This document shows, one piece after another, positions 46,649-56,236 of a stretch of 64,000 bases of DNA (the stretch's first letter is position 1; the number at the start of each line of letters is the position of its first letter). The stretch is from Clostridiales bacterium (GTDB lineage Bacteria; Bacillota; Clostridia; Oscillospirales; CAG-382). Below the pieces are notes generated by a model. It ran no database searches. It was not told the DNA's origin and saw only the letters and a list, made by a program, of their open reading frames with translations. The position numbers were made by a program, and so were the translations under genes. The stretch covers positions 30,521-94,520 of the forward strand of contig SFLA01000001.1 of the NCBI GenBank assembly GCA_004553575.1, in the 5' to 3' direction.

Positions 46649-48316
46649 TTACTGCTTTGACGAATCCAGCAGCGCTTCCGCGGCGGAAAGCGCTGCGGAT
46701 CCGGGTGATATACCTCCAATAATCCGGGCAAGCTCGTTTATCCGTCCCTCGCGGTCCAGGTTCGTAACCGTGGTTTCGGTTCTTCCGCCGGATTCCCGCT
46801 TTGCAATAAGCATATGAGTTCCGGCGAAGGCGGCTATCTGCGCGGAATGCGTAACGCAGAATACCTGTTCTCCGTCCGAAGCCAGCGAGGCGAGTTTTTT
46901 GCCGATACGGGCGCTGGTCGCGCCGGAGATGCCGGTGTCGATCTCGTCAAAAATCATGGTTCCGACAGCGGAGCCTGACAAAACGCTTTTTACGGCAAGC
47001 ATTATGCGGGAAAGCTCGCCGCCCGAAGCGATACGGGCTACGGGGCGCGGAATCTCGCCCGCATTTGCGGATACAAGAAACTCAACGGCGTCCGCTCCGT
47101 CGGACGAGAAGGGCTTTTCGGTAAACCCGGCAACAAAGCTGACCGACGGCATATCAAGGTCTTTCAGCTCGTCCCGTATGCGCTTTTCCAGATCGGCGGC
47201 CGCGGTTCTGCGGCGTTCGGAAAGCCGCGAGGCAGCAGAAGACAGTTCCGCTTCCTTCTTCTCAAGTTCCTTTTTTATCTCGGCCCGGCGGGAATCGCCG
47301 TTTTGTATGCCCGATATCTCGCGTCCGGCTTCCTCGGCAATCGCAAGCAGCCCCTTTTCGTCGGTGCGGTATTTGCGCTTGAGCGAGTTTATCAGCTGAA
47401 GCCTGCTCTCGACCCGGTCGAGCGCGGCGGCAGGGTCGCCCTCTCCGGGGTCGGTATATGAATACAGCGATTCCGCTATATCCGCAAGCTCTATTCTCGC
47501 CGAATCCAGACGCTCCGCAAGCAATGCGCACTCGGGTACCGCGTCGGCGAGAGACCTGACCTCCCGCAGGGCGGAATCCGCAAGGGACACCGCGGAAATA
47601 TCCGCACCGTAGAGCCGCGAATATGCTTCTCCGCAGCCGGAAATTATACGCTCGCGGTTGGCGAGCAGGCTCCGCTTTGCGGTGAGCTCCTCCTCCTCGC
47701 CCTCGGTTATATGCGCGGATTCTATTTCGTGCAGGCGGTAAGCGAGCATATCCAGCCGCTCGGCGCGGTCGGATTCCGATTCTTCCAGCCTGCGCAGCTC
47801 GTTCTTAAGCGATATATAATCGGAATAAACCCGTGAATACGCCGATTTTTCCGCCTCGTCGCGTGCAAAGGTGTCGAGCATACCCAGATGTGCCGAAACG
47901 TCAGCGAGCTTCATGGTATCCTGCTGTCCGTGTATGTCGATAAGCAGTGACGCGGCGGAGCGCAGAAGCCCGGTCGGCACGGAACGCCCGTTAATCCGCG
48001 CAGTGCTTCGTCCGTCGGCGGTTATCCTGCGCGAAAGCAGCAGGCTTCCGTCGCCGTCCGGCTCTATACCGATACCGGCAAGAGCGGCAACCGCATCTTC
48101 GGTGAGCGCGCCGAAAAAGCCCTCGGCAGCCGCGTAGGCTTCTCCCGTCCGGATAATGCTCCGGTCGGTGCGGGCGCCGCAAAGCAGGGCTATTGAATCG
48201 ATAAGTATACTTTTGCCCGCGCCGGTCTCGCCGGTGAAGACGGTCAGCCCTCCGGACAGATCGAGGTCAAGCGAGCGGAGCAGCGCGACATTCTCGACGT
48301 GCAGCGAAAAGAGCAT
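46649..48316 (-). CDS. recN: DNA repair protein RecN
   Basis: SMC-like. N-terminal Walker A GETGAGKS, long coiled coil, C-terminal SGGELSR signature and DEIDTGISG Walker B. Confidence 0.95.
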   Translation of the reverse strand: MLFSLHVENVALLRSLDLDLSGGLTVFTGETGAGKSILIDSIALLCGARTDRSIIRTGEAYAAAEGFFGALTEDAVAALAGIGIEPDGDGSLLLSRRITADGRSTARINGRSVPTGLLRSAASLLIDIHGQQDTMKLADVSAHLGMLDTFARDEAEKSAYSRVYSDYISLKNELRRLEESESDRAERLDMLAYRLHEIESAHITEGEEEELTAKRSLLANRERIISGCGEAYSRLYGADISAVSLADSALREVRSLADAVPECALLAERLDSARIELADIAESLYSYTDPGEGDPAAALDRVESRLQLINSLKRKYRTDEKGLLAIAEEAGREISGIQNGDSRRAEIKKELEKKEAELSSAASRLSERRRTAAADLEKRIRDELKDLDMPSVSFVAGFTEKPFSSDGADAVEFLVSANAGEIPRPVARIASGGELSRIMLAVKSVLSGSAVGTMIFDEIDTGISGATSARIGKKLASLASDGEQVFCVTHSAQIAAFAGTHMLIAKRESGGRTETTVTNLDREGRINELARIIGGISPGSAALSAAEALLDSSKQ

Positions 48317-48320
48317 TTTA

Positions 48321-48779
48321 TCAGATCGCTCCTATCTGTTCCCTCATCATTTGGCAGATGCGGTCGGCATCTTCCTCGTTTTTGGTAATAAGTACTATCG
48401 TATCGTCACCGGCTATCGACCCGAGTATGCCCTCAAAGCACATAGCATCGATGGTGGCGCAAGCCGCCGACGCCATTGCCACATAGGTGTGAAGCACAAC
48501 GAGATTCATTGCGCTGTCGACGCTCTTTACGGTATCGGCAAGCATCTTTGAAAACTTCAAGGCGATATGCTCGGCGGTCGGCACGGTGGCGGAAACATAG
48601 CGGTAACTCCCTTTTCCGTTTGACGCCTTCACGATCTTCAGCTCGCGTATATCGCGGGATACGGTCGCCTGAGTGCATTCAAAGCCCGACTCCCGCAAAA
48701 GCCGAAGCAGCTCCTCCTGTGTATCGATCTCCCGGGTTCTGATGAGCTCCATGATCTTGGTCTGTCTTTTAAGTTTCAT
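48321..48779 (-). CDS. argR: arginine repressor
   Basis: N-terminal winged helix (QATVSRDIRELK), C-terminal oligomerisation domain with the GTIAGDDT-type motif (GSIAGDDT). Confidence 0.9.
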   Translation of the reverse strand: MKLKRQTKIMELIRTREIDTQEELLRLLRESGFECTQATVSRDIRELKIVKASNGKGSYRYVSATVPTAEHIALKFSKMLADTVKSVDSAMNLVVLHTYVAMASAACATIDAMCFEGILGSIAGDDTIVLITKNEEDADRICQMMREQIGAI

Positions 48780-48790
48780 CGGCCTTCCCC

Positions 48791-49579
48791 TTACAGATTG
48801 AATTTTTTATGTACCACGGAATAGAAGCATCCCGGTTTTATGCGTATAAGCGCCAGCTTTTCCGCACTTCTGCGTATCCGGACGGTGTCATCCGGATAAA
48901 TGTGAACGCACTCGCGCGAATCCAGCGTAAGGCAGGTGGTTCCGCCCTTATGGGCGCGCGCGGTAAGGGTCAGCACCGAATCTGCGGGAAATACTATGGA
49001 TCTCGCCGCCGCGAGACGGTGCGGGCATACGGGAGTGGCGATTATCGCCTCCATACACGGGTCGAGCAGCGGTCCTCCCGCCGAGAGCGAATATGCGGTC
49101 GACCCGGTCGGGGTGGCGCAGATAAGCCCGTCCGCCGAATAACTGCTGACCGGAGCTCCCCCGCAGGAAAGCGTTATATCCACTATCTTGGACACCTCTC
49201 CGCGTGACACGAGCGCTTCGTTGAGCACTGTATGCCGCTCGCTCACACCGTCGGCACGCAGTATCTCGGCGTCCAGCATCATCAGCCCCTCCGTGCGGTA
49301 TTCGCCCGTTTTAAGCCGCGAAAGCAGCCCGATATCCTCAGGCTCGATGTCGTTCAGATATCCGAGTGTGCCGCAGTTGATACCGAGCACCGGAATCCCC
49401 AGGGGAGCCGCCTCGGCAGCCGCTCTCAGTACGGTGCCGTCGCCGCCCACCGATATTATAAGCTCCGGCGCTTCGTCCGAAACGGTAAAGCCCAGGCGCG
49501 AAAGCTCGCGCGCGGCGGCAACGGCAGTCTCCTGCGCGAAAGGCTTTGAGGTGTTTATAAGCAGCTTGACCCGTTCCAT
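48791..49579 (-). CDS. nadK: NAD+ kinase
   Basis: GGDGT motif (SVGGDGTVL), NxGxLGFL-type motif (NCGTLGYL), and ...TPTGSTAYSLSAGGP.... Confidence 0.9.
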   Translation of the reverse strand: MERVKLLINTSKPFAQETAVAAARELSRLGFTVSDEAPELIISVGGDGTVLRAAAEAAPLGIPVLGINCGTLGYLNDIEPEDIGLLSRLKTGEYRTEGLMMLDAEILRADGVSERHTVLNEALVSRGEVSKIVDITLSCGGAPVSSYSADGLICATPTGSTAYSLSAGGPLLDPCMEAIIATPVCPHRLAAARSIVFPADSVLTLTARAHKGGTTCLTLDSRECVHIYPDDTVRIRRSAEKLALIRIKPGCFYSVVHKKFNL

Positions 49580-49584
49580 TTAAG

Positions 49585-50310
49585 TCATACCCTTTCAAAC
49601 AGTGCGAGATATTCGCGGTTTCCGTCCCCTCCCGGGATCGGCGAATCGGCAATGCGGATAAGCGAAAGCCCGTTTTCCGCCGCAGAGAGCGACAGCCGTG
49701 TGATTACGGCGGCGGCAACACTTCCGTCGGGGTCGCGCAGTATACCGCCCTTCCCGATATGCTCCCTGCCCGCCTCGAACTGCGGCTTTACAAGAGATAT
49801 AAAATAGCCTTTTTCAAGCACCCTGGATACTGCGGGATATACCAGCGACTGCGATATGAACGAAAGGTCGGCGGTAACAAGCTGAGGCTCAAACGGCAGA
49901 TCGGAGAGATTAAGATATCTCGCGTTGAAGCCCTCGATAACCGTGACCCTGCCGTCGGCGGCGAGCGAAGGGTCGATCTGACCGCGCCCGACGTCAAGCG
50001 CGCACACCCTCGCCGCTCCGTGCTTAAGAAGGCAGTCCGTAAATCCCCCGGTCGAAGCGCCTATGTCCAGCACCGAAAGCCCCTCCGGCGAAACGCCGAA
50101 CACCTCAAGCGCCCGCTCGAGCTTTTCGCCCGCGCGGGAAACGAAACGGCAGGGGGAAAGCACGGATATCTCCGCGCCCTCGCGTACCTCCTCGCCCGGC
50201 TTGCGTGCGGGCACTCCGTTTACCGTTACCCTTCCCGAAATTATATATTCTCTCGCCTGACTCCGGCTGCGCACACAGCCGGCGGCGACCAGATAATTGT
50301 CTAACCGCAT
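49585..50310 (-). CDS. tlyA: TlyA-family rRNA 2'-O-methyltransferase
   Basis: ATG 50310 (MRLDNYL...). S4-like N-terminus and SAM motif DIGASTGGFTD. ORF-track start 50610 is a stop-free extension into dxs. Confidence 0.9.
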   Translation of the reverse strand: MRLDNYLVAAGCVRSRSQAREYIISGRVTVNGVPARKPGEEVREGAEISVLSPCRFVSRAGEKLERALEVFGVSPEGLSVLDIGASTGGFTDCLLKHGAARVCALDVGRGQIDPSLAADGRVTVIEGFNARYLNLSDLPFEPQLVTADLSFISQSLVYPAVSRVLEKGYFISLVKPQFEAGREHIGKGGILRDPDGSVAAAVITRLSLSAAENGLSLIRIADSPIPGGDGNREYLALFERV

Positions 50311-52133
50311 ATTTTTCTGAGTATCGAATCGGCGTCGATTCCGGCGGCGGCGCGCAGCTCGGCAATCGTGCCCTGCGGCAAAAAGCCGTCGGCGGCAAGA
50401 ATCTCGACCCGGCGGCGGGTTCGGTCGGCGGCGCAGAGCGCCGCTATCTCTTCGCCGATACCGCCGCTCTTCATACCCTCCTCGGCGACCACGACAAGCG
50501 GCGCGGAGCGGATAAGGCCGGAAATGTCCGGCAGCGGCTTTATTTTTATAAGCCTTATAAGGCGTATGTTCATACCGTTGGCACGGGCGGTGACGCACGC
50601 CTTTTCGCACTCGGAGGTCTCGCTCCCATAGGTCACCACCGCGGCATTGGGAAACTCTCCGGAACCGTAATCGGTAACGGCATAGTCGCCGTCCGAAACG
50701 GATTTACCCTCCGGAACCGCTCCGCGCGGGTAGCGGACGGCGCAAGGAGCGTCCATATCCAGCGCAGCCTTAAGACAAACGCGAAGCTCGGATTCGGTGT
50801 ACGGCGAAAACACGGTAAGCCCGGGCACAGCGTTCATAAACGAAACGTCAAACATTCCGTGATGGGTGGGCCCGTCCGCGCCGACAATTCCGGCGCGGTC
50901 TATTGCAAGCACGACCGGAAGCGACTGCAGTGCGACGTCGTGTATAAGTTGATCGTAGGCGCGCTGTGCAAACGTGGAATACAGAGCCAGCACCGGCTTT
51001 TTTCCGCCGGCGGCAAGTCCCGCCGAAAAGGTCATGGCGTGCTCCTCGGCAATGCCCACATCGAAGAATCTTTCGGGAAACCTGGAAGCAAAGCCGACAA
51101 GTCCGGTGCCGTCCTTCATGGCCGCGGTCACCGCGCAGATACGGTCGTCGAGCTCGGCGAGCCTGCAAAGCTCGTCGCCGAATACATCGGAACAGCTCCG
51201 TGCGCCGTTGATTATATTGCCGGTTTCTATATCAAAGCCGGATACGCCGTGGTAAAGGTCGGGCTCGCGCTCGGCGGGAGGATATCCCTCGCCCTTGCGG
51301 GTGCATATGTGTACGACCGAGCAGACCCCGTCGTTTTTCGCCTCGCGAAGTACGTCCTCGATCTTTGCAATGTCTTTACCGTCTATCGGTCCGAAGTAAT
51401 GAAGCCCGAGCTGCTCGAAGAAATTCTCGCGTACGAAGACTCTCTTTACACAATTCTTCAGCCTGCGCGCGCCCTTAACGAGATACTTTCCGATTCCGGG
51501 CACCGCTCCGAACAGCTTCTCCGTAAAGCTCTTGAACCTGAAATACCGTTTGCTGGTGCGTATCCTGGCGAGATGCCGTGAATTGCCGCCGACATTGCGG
51601 GAAATCGACATTCCGTTATCGTTAAGCACGATAATCAGATTGTCGTACTTTGCGCAGTTATTAAGCGCCTCGTAAGCCATTCCGCCGGTAAGCGCTCCGT
51701 CTCCTATCACCGCGACGGTGCAGGAATCGCTGCCCGACAGCTTGTCCGCGGCGGCAAAGCCCACCGCCGCCGACACCGACGTGGAGGCGTGTCCGCTCCC
51801 GAAGGCGTCGCAATCGCTCTCCGACCGCTTCTGAAAACCGGATATTCCGCCGTAGGTGCGCAGCGCAGCCGCCATTCCGTCCTTCCTGCCGGTGATTATT
51901 TTATGTACGTAGCTCTGATGGCTAACATCGAAAATAATTCTGTCATGAGGACAGTCGAACACGCGGTGCAGTGCCAGAGTAAGCTCTACCACTCCCAGAT
52001 TCGAGGCGAGATGCCCTCCGCGCTCCGACGTAACTTTTATAAGAAATTCGCGTATCTCCGCCGAAAGCACCCTGAGCTGCTCCGGCGACAGAGCTTTTAC
52101 GTCCTCGGGAGAATTAACATTTTCGAGTATCAA
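50301..52133 (-). CDS. dxs: 1-deoxy-D-xylulose-5-phosphate synthase
   Basis: 610 aa. ThDP motif GDGALTGGMAYEALN and the transketolase-like domain order. Confidence 0.95.
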   Translation of the reverse strand: MILENVNSPEDVKALSPEQLRVLSAEIREFLIKVTSERGGHLASNLGVVELTLALHRVFDCPHDRIIFDVSHQSYVHKIITGRKDGMAAALRTYGGISGFQKRSESDCDAFGSGHASTSVSAAVGFAAADKLSGSDSCTVAVIGDGALTGGMAYEALNNCAKYDNLIIVLNDNGMSISRNVGGNSRHLARIRTSKRYFRFKSFTEKLFGAVPGIGKYLVKGARRLKNCVKRVFVRENFFEQLGLHYFGPIDGKDIAKIEDVLREAKNDGVCSVVHICTRKGEGYPPAEREPDLYHGVSGFDIETGNIINGARSCSDVFGDELCRLAELDDRICAVTAAMKDGTGLVGFASRFPERFFDVGIAEEHAMTFSAGLAAGGKKPVLALYSTFAQRAYDQLIHDVALQSLPVVLAIDRAGIVGADGPTHHGMFDVSFMNAVPGLTVFSPYTESELRVCLKAALDMDAPCAVRYPRGAVPEGKSVSDGDYAVTDYGSGEFPNAAVVTYGSETSECEKACVTARANGMNIRLIRLIKIKPLPDISGLIRSAPLVVVAEEGMKSGGIGEEIAALCAADRTRRRVEILAADGFLPQGTIAELRAAAGIDADSILRKICG

Positions 52134-52146
52134 GACAGTTTCCCCC

Positions 52147-52707
52147 TCAGCTCTTCTTTTTTCTGCCGAATACGCAGAGCACGCGCGCGCAGAAGTGGGT
52201 TATTTCGCGGCTTTTCTCCATTGCAATACGCTTGCCGAGCGCCTTTCCGCCGACGGTTACCGAAGCGACCATAGAGGTCATGGCGAGAGTAAGCCAGAAC
52301 GCCGCGGCGGCGGAAAGCTCGGAAAACAGCACGGCGGCGATCGATGCGGCGGACGCTCCGCTCACGACTCCGCAAATATCCCCGACAATATCGTTACAGA
52401 ATGACGCGACCTTTTCGGCGTTGGTTATAAGCCAAACCGCCTTTTTGCCGGCAGGGTCCTTCTTCGCCGCCATCGCGTTGAAGGCGGACATCTCCGCCGT
52501 TGCAACCGCAAGGCCGAACACATCGAACAGTATTCCCAGCAACACAAACAAGAGCAGCACGATGAGTGCTGCCCACACAGGTAGATCCTCGAGCGTCTCT
52601 CCGGATAGAATAGACAGCAACGCGGTCATGATAAAACTGAACAGAAACGCGAAGCCGATCCACAGCCGACGGGCGCGGCGCCGGACTTTTTCTTTGTCGT
52701 TTTTCAT
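52147..52707 (-). CDS. oapA: four-TM DUF21-like membrane protein in the OapA (OLE-associated protein A) position
   Basis: ATG 52707 (MKNDKEK...). Four hydrophobic helices. Lies directly between the long noncoding gap and dxs, as oapA does in OLE loci. Confidence 0.65.
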   Translation of the reverse strand: MKNDKEKVRRRARRLWIGFAFLFSFIMTALLSILSGETLEDLPVWAALIVLLLFVLLGILFDVFGLAVATAEMSAFNAMAAKKDPAGKKAVWLITNAEKVASFCNDIVGDICGVVSGASAASIAAVLFSELSAAAAFWLTLAMTSMVASVTVGGKALGKRIAMEKSREITHFCARVLCVFGRKKKS

Positions 52708-52729
52708 TAAAAAATATCCCCGTTTGAAA

Positions 52730-53360
52730 TAAAGCGAATGAAAAAATGGCGGCACGGAGCGTAGACCTTGCGGCTTACGGTCAAGTAGGGTTTCCCCGCG
52801 GCCTGCTTCTCGTCGCCGATAAAGCGGTTCCCCATTAAAGGCCGGGTCGGAGCGTTACCGCATCCGCGACTTGATTGCCTATGAGTCCGCACTGTAATCC
52901 GTCCCATGCCAGTTCCCCCAGCGGGAACAACAGTCTAGGAGATTTCCTCAATAGCAGCAGAACATTCTTTTATCCTCTTTTGCAGACATGATTTCAAGCG
53001 CTATTATTCGGGACAGTTAGCTACACTCCCCCGACCTGAACGCTATCCGCCATGCCCACTCAAGGCCGGCTACATCTATCCACAGCATCAGTCTATGGTC
53101 TGTACCGCATGATAGGTCTAATCTTAATCCCGTAGCCCCGCGCCAGTATAACCGCGGTCGGCCACAGGAAAAAGCCTCCAAGGAAAGAGGGACGCTTGCC
53201 CCATGCCATTGGGGTCGCCCGCAGTCCTATATCTCCCAGCACCCACCCTGCACTGGGCGTACAAAGCAAGCACCAGAAGCTTCATCGATTTGCCGTTCGA
53301 CGTATTTTTAGGCACGCCTTCAAAAATGCAGTGCTAACTAGAATACTGCGCCATTCCGAT
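52730..53360 (-). ncRNA. ole: probable OLE (ornate, large, extremophilic) RNA; boundaries approximate
   Basis: 745-nt gap (52708-53452) without a credible ORF inside an otherwise tightly packed operon. Dense GC-rich hairpins on the minus strand. Context ispA-gap-4TM protein-dxs-tlyA-nadK-argR-recN matches the published OLE context. No covariance-model search was run. Confidence 0.65.
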
Positions 53361-53452
53361 TATTAATATACCATACTTCTGCATAAAATCAAGGGGATAG
53401 GCAAAAAAATATTCAGCATATCCCCGCTATATTCAGTATTTATCGTATTTTT

Positions 53453-54316
53453 TCACTTTTTTCTCACCGCCGTCGAGGCGCACAGCTCTATAAGGCGGTC
53501 CCTGCCTTCGCAGTCCGGCAGAGGCGAAAGCAGCTTCTGCGCACGGGCGCAGAGAGCGCTCACCGCATCGCGCGTTTTTTTCTCGCCGAGAAGGGTCACG
53601 AAGGTCGCCTTATGATCCCGCTCGTCCTTCCCGCGCGACTTCCCGGTTTCGGCCGTTCCGTCGCAATCCAAAAGATCGTCGGTCATCTGGAACAGCAGTC
53701 CGTAGACGTCGCCGAAGGACTCGGCAACATCGGTCGGGTACCCCGCGGCAAGGCTCCCGAGCATGCACGAAAGCGAAAGCAGGCAGCCGGTCTTAAGCGA
53801 CTGAAGCCGTATAAGCTCGCGCTCGGTCGCGGTAAACACGCTTGAAAGCAGGTCTGTCTGCTGTCCCGCCATCATTCCGCATGCCTTTCGGGCGGTAAGC
53901 GCGGCGGCGGCGGAATTTACGGAATCCGTCATATACGGGTTGGACGCGGCGGTCTCGCACCCCTTAAGCAGCAGAGTGTCCCCCGCAAGTATCGCGGTCG
54001 CCACGCCGTACACCATGTGATTGGTCGGCTTCCCTCGGCGAAGCACGTCGTTGTCCATCGCCGGAAGGTCGTCATGTATCAGCGACGAGGTATGTATCAT
54101 CTCGACCGCGGCGGCATACGGAAGCGCCGGAGAAAAATCGCTTTTTCCGGAGCAGATCATATAAAACTCCGCGCAGAGATACGGCCGTATCCGCTTTCCG
54201 CCGGACAGCGCCGAATACCTCATCGCCTCGTAAAGCTTGGCGTAGGGCGCATCCTTCGGGCAGGAAAGCAGCCTGTCAAGCTCGGCGTTTACCGCCGAAG
54301 CAACCTTATTTATCAT
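53453..54316 (-). CDS. ispA: (2E,6E)-farnesyl diphosphate synthase / polyprenyl synthetase
   Basis: First Asp-rich motif LIHDDLPAMDND and second FQMTDDLLD. Confidence 0.9.
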   Translation of the reverse strand: MINKVASAVNAELDRLLSCPKDAPYAKLYEAMRYSALSGGKRIRPYLCAEFYMICSGKSDFSPALPYAAAVEMIHTSSLIHDDLPAMDNDVLRRGKPTNHMVYGVATAILAGDTLLLKGCETAASNPYMTDSVNSAAAALTARKACGMMAGQQTDLLSSVFTATERELIRLQSLKTGCLLSLSCMLGSLAAGYPTDVAESFGDVYGLLFQMTDDLLDCDGTAETGKSRGKDERDHKATFVTLLGEKKTRDAVSALCARAQKLLSPLPDCEGRDRLIELCASTAVRKK

Positions 54317-54533
54317 TGAAGTCTTCCTCTTTTACTCCGGTTGCGGTTTCGGTGAGTATTTTCACGCGCTGCTCCGCGGAGTCCAGCTTTTCCGTGCAGT
54401 ACTTCACCAGCGAAGTGCCCTCCTCGAACAGCTCGATGGACTTATCAAGCTCAAGCGATCCGCTTTCCAGCCCCCGCACTATCTCCGCAAGCCGCGCAAG
54501 CGCCTGCTCAAAGGTAAGCTCGTTTTCGTTCAT
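54306..54533 (-). CDS. xseB: exodeoxyribonuclease VII small subunit
   Basis: 75-aa helical protein (FEQALARLAEIVRGLESG...LELDKSIELFEEG) following xseA with a 4-nt overlap. Confidence 0.9.
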   Translation of the reverse strand: MNENELTFEQALARLAEIVRGLESGSLELDKSIELFEEGTSLVKYCTEKLDSAEQRVKILTETATGVKEEDFNDK

Positions 54534-55723
54534 ATCTTTTCCGCCTCCATGGTTCCGTCGGACAGTCTGAGCGAAAACCTCTCGCCCGACGGTATGTCGT
54601 CAACGCTTTTTATAAGCTTCCCGTCTTTCCCGAACGCCGCCCCGTATCCGCGTGCAAGTATCGCAAGCGGATTAAGCGGAGCAAGCGCCGCGCTTTTTGT
54701 TTCAAGCGCTCCGCGTGCGCGCATAACCGCGGTTTCCGCGGCGCGCACCAGCTTGTCGTCCAGTCTTGCTACCGCCATGCGCTTTTCATCAACCGCCGTG
54801 CGCGGGGTTGACATTGCGCGGGAGGATGCAAGAAGCTCCAGCCGGTGCCTGTGTCCGGCGAGCACGCTTCCGAGCAGCGAGCAGAGACGGGTCTGCACGT
54901 TGCGGAGCTGACGCGCCGTATCCTTCGAATCCGGAACGGCTATCTCTGCGGCGGCGGACGGCGTGGGCGCCCGGACATCCGCCACAAAATCGGCTATGGT
55001 AAAATCGGTCTCGTGACCGACCGCAGAGATTACGGGTATACGGCAGTCGTAGATGCGCCGTGCGAGCTTCTCGTCGTTAAACGCCCACAGATCCTCGATC
55101 GAACCGCCCCCGCGGCCGATGATAATAAGATCGCATTTGCCCTCGCGGTCAAAGAAGTCCACCGCGCGTATAAGATTCTGCGCCGCGGATTCGCCCTGAA
55201 CGAGCGAAGGATACAGCCGTATCTCGGCGGCGGGGAAACGGCGGCGGGTAACGGTTATCATATCCCGCACGGCCGCTCCGGTCGGCGCCGTGATTATTCC
55301 GATATGCAGCGGAATCTTCGGGAGCGGCTTCTTATGCGCGTCGTCGAACAGACCCTCCGCCGCCAGTCTCTTTTTAAGCTGCTCGAACGCGACATACAGC
55401 GACCCCACTCCGTCGGGTATCATTTCGGAAACGTAGAGCTGATACTTTCCCTGCGCGGCGTAAAGGGATATCCGCCCGCGGCAGATCACCTTCATGCCGT
55501 CGGACGGCACGAAAGCCAGCCGGGACAGCTCGCCCCGGAACATGACCGACGGGAGCAGACTGCCCTCGTCCTTGAGCGTAAAGAACAGATGCCCGGTGCG
55601 GTTGGGAGAATAGTTGCTTATTTCGCCCTTCACCCAAACGTCGCGCAGCGGCGGTACGTTCTCCAGAATCTCTTTTATAAAGCTGTTAAGCTGGGTTACG
55701 GTTATTGCCGATGAACTGTCCAT
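54530..55723 (-). CDS. xseA: exodeoxyribonuclease VII large subunit
   Basis: N-terminal OB fold (VWVKGEISNY...GHLFFTLKD), then a catalytic region and coiled coil. 397 aa. Confidence 0.9.
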   Translation of the reverse strand: MDSSSAITVTQLNSFIKEILENVPPLRDVWVKGEISNYSPNRTGHLFFTLKDEGSLLPSVMFRGELSRLAFVPSDGMKVICRGRISLYAAQGKYQLYVSEMIPDGVGSLYVAFEQLKKRLAAEGLFDDAHKKPLPKIPLHIGIITAPTGAAVRDMITVTRRRFPAAEIRLYPSLVQGESAAQNLIRAVDFFDREGKCDLIIIGRGGGSIEDLWAFNDEKLARRIYDCRIPVISAVGHETDFTIADFVADVRAPTPSAAAEIAVPDSKDTARQLRNVQTRLCSLLGSVLAGHRHRLELLASSRAMSTPRTAVDEKRMAVARLDDKLVRAAETAVMRARGALETKSAALAPLNPLAILARGYGAAFGKDGKLIKSVDDIPSGERFSLRLSDGTMEAEKI

Positions 55724-55728
55724 TCCGA

Positions 55729-56130
55729 TCAGCCGTTTCTATCGGCGGCGATACGCCCGAGCACGCCGTTTACGAAGGCGGGCGCTTTGTCGTCGTCGTA
55801 TCTGCGGGCAAGCTCGATCGCCTCGTTAACGATTATCTCGGTGTCGGTTCCCTCTCCGAACAGCAGCTCAAACGAAGCGAGCCGGAGCACCGCCAGCGAT
55901 ACCCGCGATATGCGGGATATCGACCAGTTGTCCGCCGCGGCGGATATACGCACGTCGATCTCCTTCTCGTGCGCACACGCACCCTCGAACAGGCTCTTTG
56001 CGAACGCCGAATACTTCTCCTCGCGCATTTCCTTCGCGCGCTCCATTATCTCCTCCGGAGCTTCTTCCGGTGAAAACCCGTGCTCGAAAAGGAGACAGAG
56101 CGCCGCTTCGCGTGATTCACGTCTTGTCAT
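55729..56130 (-). CDS. nusB: transcription antitermination factor NusB
   Basis: ATG 56130 (MTRRESREAALCLLFE...). Conserved ...NEAIELARRY....FVNGVLG near the C-terminus. Confidence 0.9.
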   Translation of the reverse strand: MTRRESREAALCLLFEHGFSPEEAPEEIMERAKEMREEKYSAFAKSLFEGACAHEKEIDVRISAAADNWSISRISRVSLAVLRLASFELLFGEGTDTEIIVNEAIELARRYDDDKAPAFVNGVLGRIAADRNG

Positions 56131-56160
56131 AAAAACTCTCCGGTCATAATTTTTCATTTT

Positions 56161-56189
56161 ATTATATCATTCCGCGCCGAAAAATGCAA
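56161..56189 (-). promoter_or_regulatory. sigma-70-type promoter of the nusB...recN operon
   Basis: On the minus strand: TTGCAT (56189-56184), 17-nt spacer, TATAAT (56166-56161). Confidence 0.55.
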
Positions 56190-56201
56190 CCGGAAAATAT
56201 A

Positions 56202-56229
56202 TAAAAACCGCCCCGCAGAAGCGGGGCGG
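56202..56229 (-). terminator. rho-independent terminator after the S-component gene
   Basis: Minus strand reads CCGCCCCGC-ttct-GCGGGGCGG followed by TTTTTAT. Confidence 0.8.
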
Positions 56230-56236
56230 ACGCGGA

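Noticed and set aside
52708-53452. Alternative identities for the 745-nt noncoding gap: RNase P RNA, tmRNA, a group II intron, a decayed gene, or the two small ORFs at 52707-52907 and 53124-53315.
   Set aside because: - No GAGGAAAGTCC-type P4 sequence; the closest is GAGGAAATCTCC.
- No tRNA-like 3' end ending in CCA-type context, and no GTGCG 5' end, domain V motif or intron-encoded protein.
- The small ORFs lack an RBS and have odd composition.
- The synteny fits OLE far better.
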